The notes under the pieces: generated by a model | What the model was told of the DNA's origin: nothing | Seen by the model: the letters and a program-made list of their open reading frames with translations, nothing else | Databases searched by the model: none | Assembly (NCBI GenBank): GCA_048013815.1 | Contig: CM106585.1 | Span: 10,788,001-10,852,000, forward strand | Length of the DNA stretch: 64,000 bases | Source: Setoptus koraiensis | Taxonomy: Eukaryota > Animalia > Arthropoda | Reading direction: 5' to 3' | Shown here: piece by piece, positions 1 to 12,300 of the stretch | Numbering within the stretch: position 1 is the first letter of the stretch | Layout: the number at the start of each line of letters is the position of its first letter | Position numbers and translations under genes: made by a program

Positions 1-440
1 CATCACCACCAGCAACAACCGGTAGCGCATACTAGCCATCACCTACACGCTCATTTGCACGCAGCTCAACAACAACAGCACCAGCAACATCAGCAGCAGC
101 AGCAGCACCATCACAATCATCACCATCAACAGCAACAACAACAACAACAACAACAACACAACCACCACCATCAGCACCAGCAACACCATCACAGTCAGCA
201 CCACAGCGCCAATCACCTGAATCAATCTAATCTCGTGATCAACAGCAACGGTCATCATCACCAACAGCAACAACAACAACAACAGCAGCAACAGCAACAT
301 CAGTACGCGCAACCCGTGTCAGCAACTGTCAATGGTCACTCGCTGAATCATTCAGTTATGTCACCCAACGGCAACTCAATTGTGGCCAACAACAACAATG
401 CAGCGCCCGGCTACAGAACCAACAGCAGCACCAACAGCAG

Positions 441-478
<38 letters not shown>

Positions 479-1044
479 ACAACAACAACAGCAACAGTTC
501 CAGCGCAACGCTAGTTAACGGACTGTTGGGCGGAAGTAGTAGCAGCATCAACAGTATAGCGACCACAGTGGCGCCACCCATACCGGACAACAGGAGCCAA
601 TCGGTTGCGGCCATACACGCGGACAACTACAACAACCAACAGCTGACCAATGGTCACATAAGTCACACAACGCAACACCATACGCAACAACATACGACAA
701 CCACTCAGGCCGCCGCTCAAATTCAAGCCGCCGCCGCGGCCCAAATGAGTGAGGCCACAAATTTGGCCAGTCACTTGTATGCCGTGCAAACGAATGCGGC
801 TAGCGCAATGGCCGCCTACGCGGCCCAAACGAACGCCTGGCACCATCATCATCATCATCATTTAAATGGTCATCATCATCCCTTTTTGGCGGCCAGCGCT
901 GCCAGCGCGGCCATGGCGGGAATATCGGGAGTCACATCCGCACAACCGCACCACCACCAGGTGGCGGTCAATCAGCAACAGCAACTGTCTGCTCATCATC
1001 ATCAGTCTAGCTATCACCATCACGGACTGCACCAGACAGGTATC

Positions 1045-1075
<31 letters not shown>

Positions 1076-1299
1076 GTAACAACAATATGAAACAAGACAG
1101 CACAACCGGAAGTGACAACAACAACGGCTTGTTTGTTATGGCGGGCTCGGCGACGGCGGCCGCGCTGGGCCGCTCTAGTAGCGCTGTGTCGACAGTGTCC
1201 GATTGTAACTCGGGCAATTCGCTAGATGGCGACTTGAACTCGTCGGGCGACGGATCGGTGCCGGGCAGTCCGGGAGCCGCCAATCAGTCAATTATGTAA
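1..1299 (+). CDS. 3' part (5'-truncated) of a polyQ/polyH/polyN/polyA low-complexity protein, family not identifiable
   Basis: Frame 1 is open from base 1 (HHHQQQPVAHTS...) to TAA at 1297-1299. Composition is typical of a disordered transcription-factor tail. An AT-rich 3'UTR-like tract with AATAAA follows at about 1421. Confidence 0.7.
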
Positions 1300-1750
1300 C
1301 CATTACGACAATGACACTGATGAGTCGGGCACGACAAACTATGTAAATTTTTTACTCTTTTCTTCTATTTTTAGTTTTGTTCATTACGATCAGCGATCGG
1401 TGACTTTGTGCGCCTAGACCAATAAACAACAACAGTGACAACAACAACAACAACAACAACAAAATCAATAACAATAATGACGAACGAACGGCATACAACG
1501 GCCACATAATTATTATCCAACTAATTTATCACTATTACTATTATTATTTATTTATTTATTATTATTATTAAAATTTATTACAATTGAAATTTATTTATTT
1601 ATACATTTATAAATATTATTATTGTTATTCATTCATTGTCATTCGTTCATTACTATTCACAATCGCGTCTCACCTGACATACAATCGACGCATCGTAATA
1701 GCATCATACTACATTATTATTATTCACATTTATTATTTTTAACAGTCACA

Positions 1751-1927
1751 ATGATTGACCACCATGATGAGCGAGCCGACGAGGCCATTCTAGAGATGAT
1801 AATTGAGTTGGAATCGGATTGGTTTAAGCGAAACAATTCACCTACATTAGAAGAAAATTTTTACATACAACATTACATGAACGAAAGCGACAGAGAATAC
1901 CTGAGACAATTGGCACAATGGCATTAA
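1751..1927 (+). CDS. Putative small orphan ORF (58 aa, MIDHHDERADEAILEMIIELESDW...LRQLAQWH)
   Basis: Complex acidic/helical sequence between low-complexity AT-rich flanks. A T-rich AG (...ttttaacag) lies just upstream of the ATG. No recognisable family. Confidence 0.3.
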   Translation: MIDHHDERADEAILEMIIELESDWFKRNNSPTLEENFYIQHYMNESDREYLRQLAQWH

Positions 1928-2065
1928 CTGATTAATTAATCGCTTAATTAATTAATTAGTGATTAATTTTTCGCGCAATAGCAACAGCACATATCAACAA
2001 CAACAGCAACAACTATAGTTATAAGTTAATTATTATTACTATTACTCCATAACAAACAATTCAAG

Positions 2066-3375
2066 TCAACCAACACTTCTGGTAGTAGAAAATATGTTTT
2101 TTATAATCTTCTTCAACATTGCCAACTCTTTTTGACATTTAGTGTAAATATCGTCCTCATTGTTTTGGGGCCCACTTGCTAGCCCGCTGCTAGCGCCACC
2201 TATGTCGCCGCTGTTCAATCCGTCAATTGTGTTATTATTATCTTGTGCCGCCGCCGCAATATCCGTCTTGAATTTACTTTTGTTGTTATTTTGTGCTTGT
2301 CGCTCATGTTGTGCTTGTTGTTGTTGTTTGCTGTAATTGAAGTGCCTCTTAAATTGGGGCCGGTCACTGGTTTCTGTTCGGCTAAATTGGCCCACAGGCG
2401 GCGTTGCAAACGATGTAGCGTTGCCCGGTTTGTTACAGTGGTTATAGGTTGACGACGATGTTGGGTTGCTCGATGAACACAAAGTATCAGAATTATTAGA
2501 GCGTAAATGATCGACTTGCACAAAATTAGATCTGGATCTAGATTGCCGCCGTTGTTGCTGTTGTTGTTGCTGTTGTTGCTGTTGTTGCTGTTGTTGTTGC
2601 TGTTGTTGCTGTTGTTGTTGTTGCTGTTGTTGCTGTTGTTGCTGTTGTTGTTGCTGTTGTTGTTGCTGTTGTTGTTGCTGTTGTTGTTGTTGCTGTTGTT
2701 GCTGCTGTTGTTGTTGTTGTTGTTGCTGTTGTTGTTGTTGCTGTTGTTGCTGCTGTTGTTGTTGCTGGCTGACTAGGTGCTTTGTTGTGTCTCGGCCAGA
2801 TAAGATCGTTGTCTTGCCAACAGCGCCGCAACAAAGGCTATCACAATTTAGTTTTCGATTATCACCCTCATCATAAATGTCGCTGTTGTCGGTATCGGTG
2901 TCGGTGTCTGTCTTGCTATTACAGTGCGCGCACTTGTCTCCATGCTTCGTAGTTACCTGTGCCGGGTTGCTTGAAACATTGCGACTACCACACCACTTAC
3001 AACGCCAATCGGTGTTTTCTGGCAGATTGCAGCCAGTTGTTGTATCACAGTAATCTGTCCCCAGGTGCCCCCGATGTTGTTGTCGTTGTTGCTGTCGTTG
3101 TTGCTGTTGTTGTTGATGCAATTGCTGATGCAGTTGTTGTTGGTGCTGTTGTTGTTGGTGCTGTTGGTGCTGTTGTTGTTGGTGCTGTTGTTGTGGCTGG
3201 TCCTGGTGATGTTGTTGGTGATGTTGTTGATGGTGGTGGTCGCAGTGTTGTTGAGCACCGTAGTGTGTTGTTGCCGTTTGTTGTTGATTTGATGATGACG
3301 TAATTAGCGACTGTCCTAAGGGGCCAACTGGGCACTCTTTCGTGTCACATTTGTCGTTATTAAATTTGTCCACTA
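2066..3375 (-). CDS. Probable terminal exon of the sGC gene (polyQ-rich C-terminal tail)
   Basis: 1.3-kb open frame with a tandem CAG/TAG acceptor at 3373-3377. Both acceptors are phase 1 and so compatible with the phase-1 GTAAGT donor at 12541. Same QQQH style as exon 2; stop at 2066-2068. Confidence 0.5.
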
Positions 3376-6300
3376 CTGGACGGTAATAGCCGCCAACGAT
3401 GTATGAGAAATGGCAGTGATCACGTTTGTAGTGATAATAGGCGGCATTAAATGGTATTAGATGGTATTAGATGGTGTTAGACGGTGTTAGATAGTGTTAT
3501 ATGGTGTTAGATTATGTTAGATGATGGCATCAAATGACATTGTTGAAATCACACAAGCCATTGTTGGCCAATAGTTAGTTCACAAAACAGCCGCCAGGGG
3601 GGCGGGCGGGATAAGTGGTGGTCAATGATTGACAGTTGGATATTGTTGGATAAATCAGTCAATTCAACCAACGATACAACAAATACAGACACCAAATGTG
3701 GGCAACAAAATGTCATTAACCAATATTGACCAACGGAGCAAAACAAAACGAAACGGAACAGAACAGAACAGAACAGAATAGGAGAGTTAGTGAGAGATAA
3801 AAGAAGCGTTTAGATAAAAGTTGATCTATTTGGCGCTGTTACGCCAGTTGGCCCCATTTTAAATTTTAAATGCACCTGAGACTGTACAAACTATACACCT
3901 GTACACTGTACTTGTCTAGCCGTATCTGTCTAGCTATGGAGAGTACAATGATTTGAGTCAATGAGTGATAGTCTCAAGTTTGAAATTAATCGCACACACA
4001 CAACAAACAAGCTTGACAAACAATAAACATAATCTCACAAAGTTGGCCACTGCCAGTCGATTTGGGCAAATCTTTAGAAAATGGCGCACTGTGCAACTGC
4101 TCCTGACTTGCAGTTCTGTGCCGGTCGCCGTTCCACACTGGCTCACAGCCTGTGTGGGTCAGCGCAACCAGGTCTGACCGAGCCACCTCACAAAGAGGTT
4201 GTCAGAAGAGGCACTCCAAGGTATACCCTCCTTGTGCCCTACAAGTACCTTCGTCGTTGTTAGCCAAATTTCGGCTGGTGCTTGCGGCGCACAGCAAGTT
4301 GAAATTGCACGGCTGTGCACGGCTGCACAAGACAAGCACAGCAGTTGGCTCGACGAGCTGGCTAAAGCACTGGCAAAAGTTACGTCATCGCGTCATTGCT
4401 AGTTGACAGCAGCACCATTCCATCCAAATTGATTGCTTTGGTTGCTGCTTTGGCGCACTGCAACCACTCGCCGTGCCACTTCCGGTTGTGGCACGGTCAT
4501 CTGGGCATAACAGCGGTACCTGTTATGCTGGCTCAGGTGTTATGCTCAGGTGAGCCGCTGACCGGCTGACCGACTTGTGAGCTATGTGCGGGGGTGACCT
4601 AGCGATCGTGTGATGGCAAGATCTGTCTCGTCTCTTGTGTCTAGGTAGGGGCGACACTGTTGCGACTGACAAGTTGTGAGCGGTCGATCAAGTTACTCAC
4701 CAGTGTCGTCTGTTAGTGGACAGGGGGCACCAGTTGTCTCAATGGCGATTGTCCGATTATCTGGCTGGCCTTGTCATCTCATTATTTGAGCCAATTTCAT
4801 CATTTAAGCCACTCTCTTGATTTGATGGAGCGTTGCGACGGTTGCACAACGTTGTGTCCGTCACATTATGATATTGATAATTAAGCACATTGTTGTTATC
4901 TCGTCGGCGGACTGTCCATTGCAGAGTGTGGACTCTGTTGTAGAGTAACTGCAAGAATTAGATAAGATCGCTGAGCCAGAAGGGCTCCTGTCGAGCATAA
5001 AACAACACGCCAATTGTGCGCGCCCGACGCGGATCTCGTCAACAACGTCGGCAAGCGCGCGGGTGCAACTGTCAGCTGCTGCATACTGACAAGACAAGTG
5101 ACAGATCGCTAGATATGAGCGGCTCACAAAACCGCTCGGATATGCCGGCCCCCCGGAATATGCGCGCCGGTTTAGCTCAATCAGGCATCGATGATCGAGT
5201 CGTCGATTAGGCCATTATCATTATTATTCAGGCCACTCGTCTCGTCTCATTTCACCTCTCGCCCCTCGCCCCTCGCCCCCGCTCTGCCTGTGTCTCGCCC
5301 TACTGAGAATGGGCCTCACAAATCGTCAGCTAAATACCCGGGCTCAACTGAGCAGAAGATCCGCACGGGCCCACGAGTATTGTCAGATACCGCACTCGCT
5401 AGTTACCCCCATTCACAACAAACACTCGTGAATATCCACGCGTGCCAGGCTGGACGCCACGCGTGGATATCCACGCGGCGCCCACACATGGGGCCCGTCT
5501 ATGAATATTCACGATAGTCGGCGCTGCAGGTCACGCATGGCGAGCCACTCGGTTTCGGTTGTCGCCCAAAAGACGCCCAAAAGACGCCCAAAAGAGCTTC
5601 CAAGATTGGCCGCATGGCTACACACGCGCATCTAGCTGTAATCTACTCTAGTGGATGGTGTGAGTCGCACAACTCGCTCGGATATTTTTGGCCACACATC
5701 GCACGGTGAATACTGGCCATTAGCCGTTATAGATTGTTTTTCCGCATCCCCAATCGACAGGAATGTCTCGCCAGGGCGGGTGTTTGTTGCCTCACTTTGC
5801 TTGCGATCGCACTGGTCAGCTCACTGGTCAGCTCACTGGTCAGCTCGCCAGCAATCGCACTGGTCAGCTCGCCAGTGATCTCATTGGTCGGCTAGCCAGT
5901 GAGCCGGTGAGCCGGTCAGTCGGGCTGACCGGTCGGACGGGCCCGGCGTCACACACGCGTGCACTGGGCGCTGGCGAGACGCCGACCAAAGTGGTAAACA
6001 TTGTCAAGTGGCCGGGACGTGCGTCGGGCGAGCACGCGCGCGCGCCCCGGCAAATATCCCAAGATCGCACGCCGGCGTATCGCTGTCGCAGCGCTCGAAA
6101 TTTATATTTACACCAGCGCATAAACATTGTCGGGCATTTAACGCGGCGAGTTTATATTATGTTTATATTTATATTATCCGGGCCATTATACACTGGCGAC
6201 AGGCTGCACGGGCACGGGCACGGGCAGCCCGAGGCACACTTCCGTTTGCGATTGCGATTATGTGGGGCGCGCTGGTTGGCGGTTGAAAAGTGTGTACTTG

Positions 6301-9300
6301 TTGGTCGGCGCCACTGGCTGGCGTAACTTGAAACTCGCCCGCCAGACGGGCTAGATAGGGCCGCACGATATATATCTGGCCCGTGTGTTTGTATATATAT
6401 ATGTATTATATAAATGTATTATATAAATGTATTGTGCGTCGCAATAATAATGTAATCTCTGTTGGCCGCAAACAATGTCACCATTGAAACCGAAATGGCG
6501 CCTAAGCGCGCGTGCATGCGCCGCTATGCAGCGGCGGCCCAAGTTGGCGCCGTTTGGGGCCGCTTGGGGCCGCTCGGGGCCGCTTGGCGGGCCTCTGCGA
6601 GCAGGGGTAATTGCGTAATTGCTTCTGTTTGTTTGTGTTTGTGCCACTGGTGTGTCCACTACTTAATATATATTTGCCGTTGCAAACAATACACACCCCC
6701 ACGCAGCTTTATATATATATATATACAGCATATAGCGCCCTGCATACACGTGCTGTATATATATATATACAGCACGTGTAGCACGTACAGCGGCGCATAT
6801 ATCACGCTGGTGCGACACAACATGATAGATGATGAACAGAAATTTGATATAGTTGCAATACTTTAACCACTGGCCAACCACTGGTTTAATAGTAACAGTA
6901 AGCCGGGCTTACTCTTAAACCAGTATTATGTATGTAATATATATGTGGCAAGCGACACAATATACGACCCGACCCCGGATAGCGCCCTGTCAATCGATTG
7001 CGGCGCCCTCACTGTCAGCCGCTCGCACTAAGCTTTGCTGTCTCACGCTTGCTCCGGCTTCCGCCGACACTTGTCCCGCGCCGGCCCAGACTCCTCTTGC
7101 GCCCGTCCGACCCTCGGCCCGGATCGGCGCTGATCGGCGCGGCCCGCCGGACCGCTGACCGCCGACCGCTTCCATTGGTGCTGTTCGGTCGCGTGGTTGC
7201 CAACAACGGCCACTTGCAGTATCGCCTGGCCTGGCATTTGCGGGCAGGGCCCGCAAATATCGGCCATTAATTGGGCCCGAATTGCATCAAATGACGCGCT
7301 TGACGATGAGCGCGGCCGGCCCGCACTCGGCCCGTCCGCTACCAACACAACCCGCCGTCTACCAGAACAACCCGCCGTCTACCAGAACAACCCGCCGCCT
7401 ACCAGAACAACCCGCCGCCTACCAGAACAACCCGCCGCCTACCAACGAAACCCGCCGCCAACCATCTAACCGGCCGCCACTACCCGCCGGAGTGGGTGTG
7501 CCTGCTCACTCAATTAATTCAAGCCGGATAGGCTCTTTGCGCAGCGAGTTGTGTGGCTTGAATTAGAATGTTTTGCGCACAAAGTTTGGGGCGCAAAGAA
7601 AATTTGCGAATTTGAATTGTCGTGCGAATGCAAATGCACCGATGCGAGTTGCTGTTCGCTTGCACAAAACGCCCGTCGATACGCCGGGCCGCCTGTCGGG
7701 TTGCTGTCGGGTTGCTGCCGGGTTGCTGGCGGGTTGCTGCGGGTAGCGGGCGCGCATCGACGGATGCGGGCGCCCAATTTTCAACTACTTGTCTGCTTGT
7801 CCACTTGTCATGTCAGTTTCAAGCGGCCCTGTTGTTGACTATGCCAAATCTAGCATCTAGATCATCATTAGACCAGACACAACAGACACGCCGGCGCCCA
7901 TTGTGGTGCGGTATGGATGTGACAAGTGACAAACCGCTGCTCCATTGCTATGCAAATTTGTGTGTGTGTGTGTGTTTTGTCGTGTTTGTGCGTTGCGTTT
8001 GTCATGTGAATATCTCTCGTCTTGTATTATTACATAACGTCGTCGTCGTCGTCGTGCTCGTGTTTTTAGCTCATCAATGATGGATCGTCACACTACCACC
8101 GACACACACACACACACACACTCGTACCCTAGGTACCCGCCGCAATATACCCCGTGTGTACGTATAGTTATTTTTATATCACACATATAATAATATATCG
8201 ATTCGTTTGCCATTAATCAGCAATCAACTTTATCCGCTCGAGGCTGCTCTGCTCACAAACGCTGGCAAACGCGCAAAATGTGCCCAAAGAGCCAACTTGC
8301 GCCCTCTCGGGCACATTTTTATTTGCGCTGCCATTATTATGCGCGCGTTAGTTTTATTTATCTTTGGGTGCCACTATGAGACATGAACATTTATTGAATA
8401 ATAATGTCACGTAACACACCGGCCAGTCGGTCGCACTACAAAATCCGGTCCCCATGTATCCTCAATCCAACCAGACATCCAGCCGGATATCCATGCTAGC
8501 GCATGTGTGTATCCACACAAGAATATCAGCGCGACACTATCCACGCGATTCAGTCCTTTTCATTCAGACCTTTTGGGGTGCTTCGAAATGCTAAAATGCC
8601 TCGTTCGATTCATTCAATTACACGTCAATCTTACCGGGAAATTGACCTTTTCAGCAATGATGACTCATCATAAAATTAGAACAGATTGAAAGAATTGATT
8701 ATTTATTGCGAAACACACCACCATAATGCTTCGCCGGCAGGGGGGCGGGGGTCGCCATGAAACAGGATACTCCTACATATGATAATTTATATCGTTTTGT
8801 ACTGGCTGCCATAGTGAACGAGCACGGATATCGAGCGTATAAATACCGCCTGCCATTAAACTTGCCAAAACGGTGACGATGAAATTTCTGAGGCCAGAGG
8901 CGCACAGACAGAGGGAGATTGCTCGTTTTTCTCGCTCGCCCGGCCGCAATCTTGTCGGAGCAAGCGACTAAAAAACCGGCGAGTTTTGCCGACAAAATAA
9001 ACACGAAACCAAAGCTCGCCAATTGAATTAACGCAAGAAACGCGAGCGCCGAAAATCAACAAAATTTCCCTCGGCATCACATGACGATTTTAGCTCTCAT
9101 CGCATCACGCGATTTTGCGGATCGGGCAAGCAGGATAGACGGTGATAGTTGCGCTGGCAGAGACATTCATTTGAGACAGCAAATGATCGTTGCGGCGACG
9201 GCCACTTGAAACAACCAATACTAATGATAAATACTAAAAACAGCCAGCGATCAGATTAACCAAAGCAGCACCGGTGCAAGTTGATTATGTTAATATATGA

Positions 9301-12300
9301 TAATAAGTGTACCGCGAATTGACTGACTAACAATGTAAGTTACTTATGCTGCCTTTAGCTGGGCCAAACAACCAACAAACCGACCGATTGGATATTCATT
9401 GGTTGGCATGAATATCTGCGAATGCGACAATCACACATTGGATGGCGGGCTCATTTTGAGCACCGATCGTCTTTCAAATTGGCTCAACCATTACATAATA
9501 ATTAAATAATTGAATAATGCACTCAACGGACTCATCGCGCATTATAAATAGTATATAATTCAAAAGATACTTTTGTGGGTGAACTTTTTCAACACGGTCG
9601 CAGTCTAGTATTCACATGCAAATAACAGATTTGATACAAACTGTGCGAGTCGCATGGCTTCAGGTCTCAAGTGCCGGCTTCTCGGGCCTGACCCAGATAC
9701 GTCAAATACCGCGCGACCGGGCACAAGACAAAGACACGTGCAAAAGAACGAGCCGAAAGGAAGCTGTCGGAGACTGGGCCCAAATGTTACATAACAATAT
9801 CCAGATCAGCCGTCGGCTTGCTGCGGTCGTCCGCCGCCGCTTAGGTAACCCGTCAATGGGTATTGGAGAGCGGACACTTGAGTTGCGGCTCGGCGCGGCG
9901 GCGGCGGCCCCCCGAACGAGAAGAATTTTGCTCAAGTTTTGTCAAGTCTGAGCCGAGCGCGATACTGTCAGATATTGGTAGCGAGGTAAAGAATGAAAAT
10001 TGTTTTGCTTGGCCCACGCGGCACAACATAACATTTTGGCGCGCATTTATGGTGCAAGTTGCAAATATTTCATTCAATATCATGCAGTGGCCGGTCGGCG
10101 AGCGGCAATTTGACGACCACAATGATGATCGTCAAATTGCATGCCACTACAAAGGCGCCCCTATCTGGGCGACGCATCTCGGCAGCGCCAGCAACGACAA
10201 CAACAACAACAACAACAACAATAATGTATATCGGATATATATCACACACAGCTTCTTCGCTTTTCATCTCTTTCGCTCTCGTGAGCCACGATCTCTTGGC
10301 CAGCCAACAACAAAAACAGCGACAACAACAACACATCATAACACATTACGTCACATAACATGACATTAAACAGACAGCGGGCATCATTGGTGTGTTGCGC
10401 GCTGCACCCCAACGCCAACACCAAATATCCGACACCAAATATCCAGCGCCAAACATCCAGCGCCAAACATCCAGCGCCAAACATCCAGCGCCAAATGTCC
10501 AGCGCCAAATGTCCAACGGCAAATATCATTGTGCGCTGCCAGCATCAAACGCATTTCAGCCATTTCACACCATCTATGGCCGTATATGGCCGTAGACACC
10601 ATAGATGGTGCGATAGCGCGCTGGCATACACTGACCCGTAATGACGGCTGTGATATATGTCATTTGGCGAGATTTCGCTCGCGCTTGGGCCGCGATATTT
10701 GCGGATATTTGCGGACATTCGCGGATATTCGCGGATATTTTGGTTTTGGGATATTCGACTGGCACACGCGCAACTTGTGCCAGTTGAATATCCCAAAGAC
10801 GATCGACTTTTGCCAGTCATTGTCCAGCTGTCCGTTGGGCCGGCTGACAGTCGCACGCATTTATTTATATATATAAACTGCGTGTGTCTATATATACCCC
10901 GTGGTATATAGAGCATCGTGCCGATATCAAGCTCGCTTGATACGATGCGCGCGCTGCGCACTCTTGGGCGCCACAATAAATGCATCATCGTGTCGTTGCG
11001 CGATCACTGAGGCCGGTTGCGCAACGCCGTTGCGTAACGTAGCCTCATTAACGTCTACTCAATCTAATGAGAAAAGTCAGCTCGGCCGGCAAACGGCACA
11101 GCCAAGCCGACATTACACATACATTACGACATATTACGAGTTTGTCAAAGTGACTGCTCGCCGGCTCGGCACAGATTTAGTGAGCCACGTGCCGTGATGA
11201 GTGGACACATCAAGCTGACATGAAGAAAGTTATGAACCAACAAGATGCTTATGTAACCAATTCGGTGTCGCCAAGACCGTTACGTAAGCCGCATGCTATA
11301 TATAGCGAATTGCGTAACGCTGACTTGTGAGTGCATATATACGCTGCACGCTACACGCGCCGCGTGCGTTACCGTGCGTTATGAGGGCTGGTTTTGTTGC
11401 GACTTGCGGTATTTATGCCAGTTGTCGCAACTGACTGTCGCCTTTGTTGACGTCACAGCGACAGCAACGGCGACAACGACGACAACACCGACAACAACAC
11501 CGACAACAACACCGACAACAACAACAACCACAACAACGACAACAACGACAACAGCGACAACAACGACAACAGCGACAACGACAACAACGAGCCAGCAGCG
11601 TATAACATAAATATAACATGATGATATTAGTATATTATATAATGTAATAATAGTTGCCGGCTCACTTCATTTGAGACACACGACGCGCTCGTGTTGTTGC
11701 TGTCGTTGTTGTTGCTGTCGTTGTTGTTGCTGTCGTTGTTGTTGCTGTCGTTGTTGTTGCTGTTGTTGTGTTGTCTCATGTTGTTATTATTACGACTTTC
11801 GTTTGTCGTGCAGCGTTTAGACACTGGCTCGCAGCCCGTTACAGTCACACAGCCACACAAAGCCAGCGCGCGCGCGCGCGCTAGAGGGGCCAAATCAAAG
11901 AGTTTAGCCATCAATGGGCCCCAATGTGTTCTCTAACAGTGTGCGTGCGGGGCCCGAGGCGACCGACAAATCTAGAACAAACCGACTAAAGAATAAGACA
12001 AACTGGATTACGTCACACGTTACACTGTATACAACTTTGGCTGCTGCCTGGATGCTGCCGTCTCGCCTGTTAGGCCGAGCGGGGCCTCGCTGGCGCGGCA
12101 GCGTCACTCGCGGTCCCACTCTGGCCAGTCTAGCCGCCAGACTCTGACGGGGCCCCAACTAGCGCGTCCAGCCAGACAGCGCCAGTCGACAGACACAAAC
12201 ACGACGAGCCGTCGGATGAGACGCGCCGAGACAAACAAAGCGCCGGCAACGGCGCCCAAAACAACGCGCCCGCCAGACACTCTGGCCGGCGCGGCTCGCC

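Noticed and set aside
43-3335. Many poly-Leu/Val/Thr/Cys ORFs (e.g. 43-312, 411-626, 2507-2776, 3065-3292)
   Set aside because: They are antisense or alternative-frame shadows of CAA/CAG repeats, which are stop-free in several frames; many start at GTG/TTG.
4861-5068. Phase-2 frame [27 protein letters not shown] as an alternative last cyclase exon
   Set aside because: The resemblance is only vague; exon 12542-13107 matches the expected cyclase end (YILEE…KTYFI) much better.
7341-7460. CRISPR-like appearance of regular 20-21 bp repeats (also 30109-30193)
   Set aside because: The units are head-to-tail with no unique spacers, no cas genes are present, and the context is eukaryotic. They are ordinary minisatellites.
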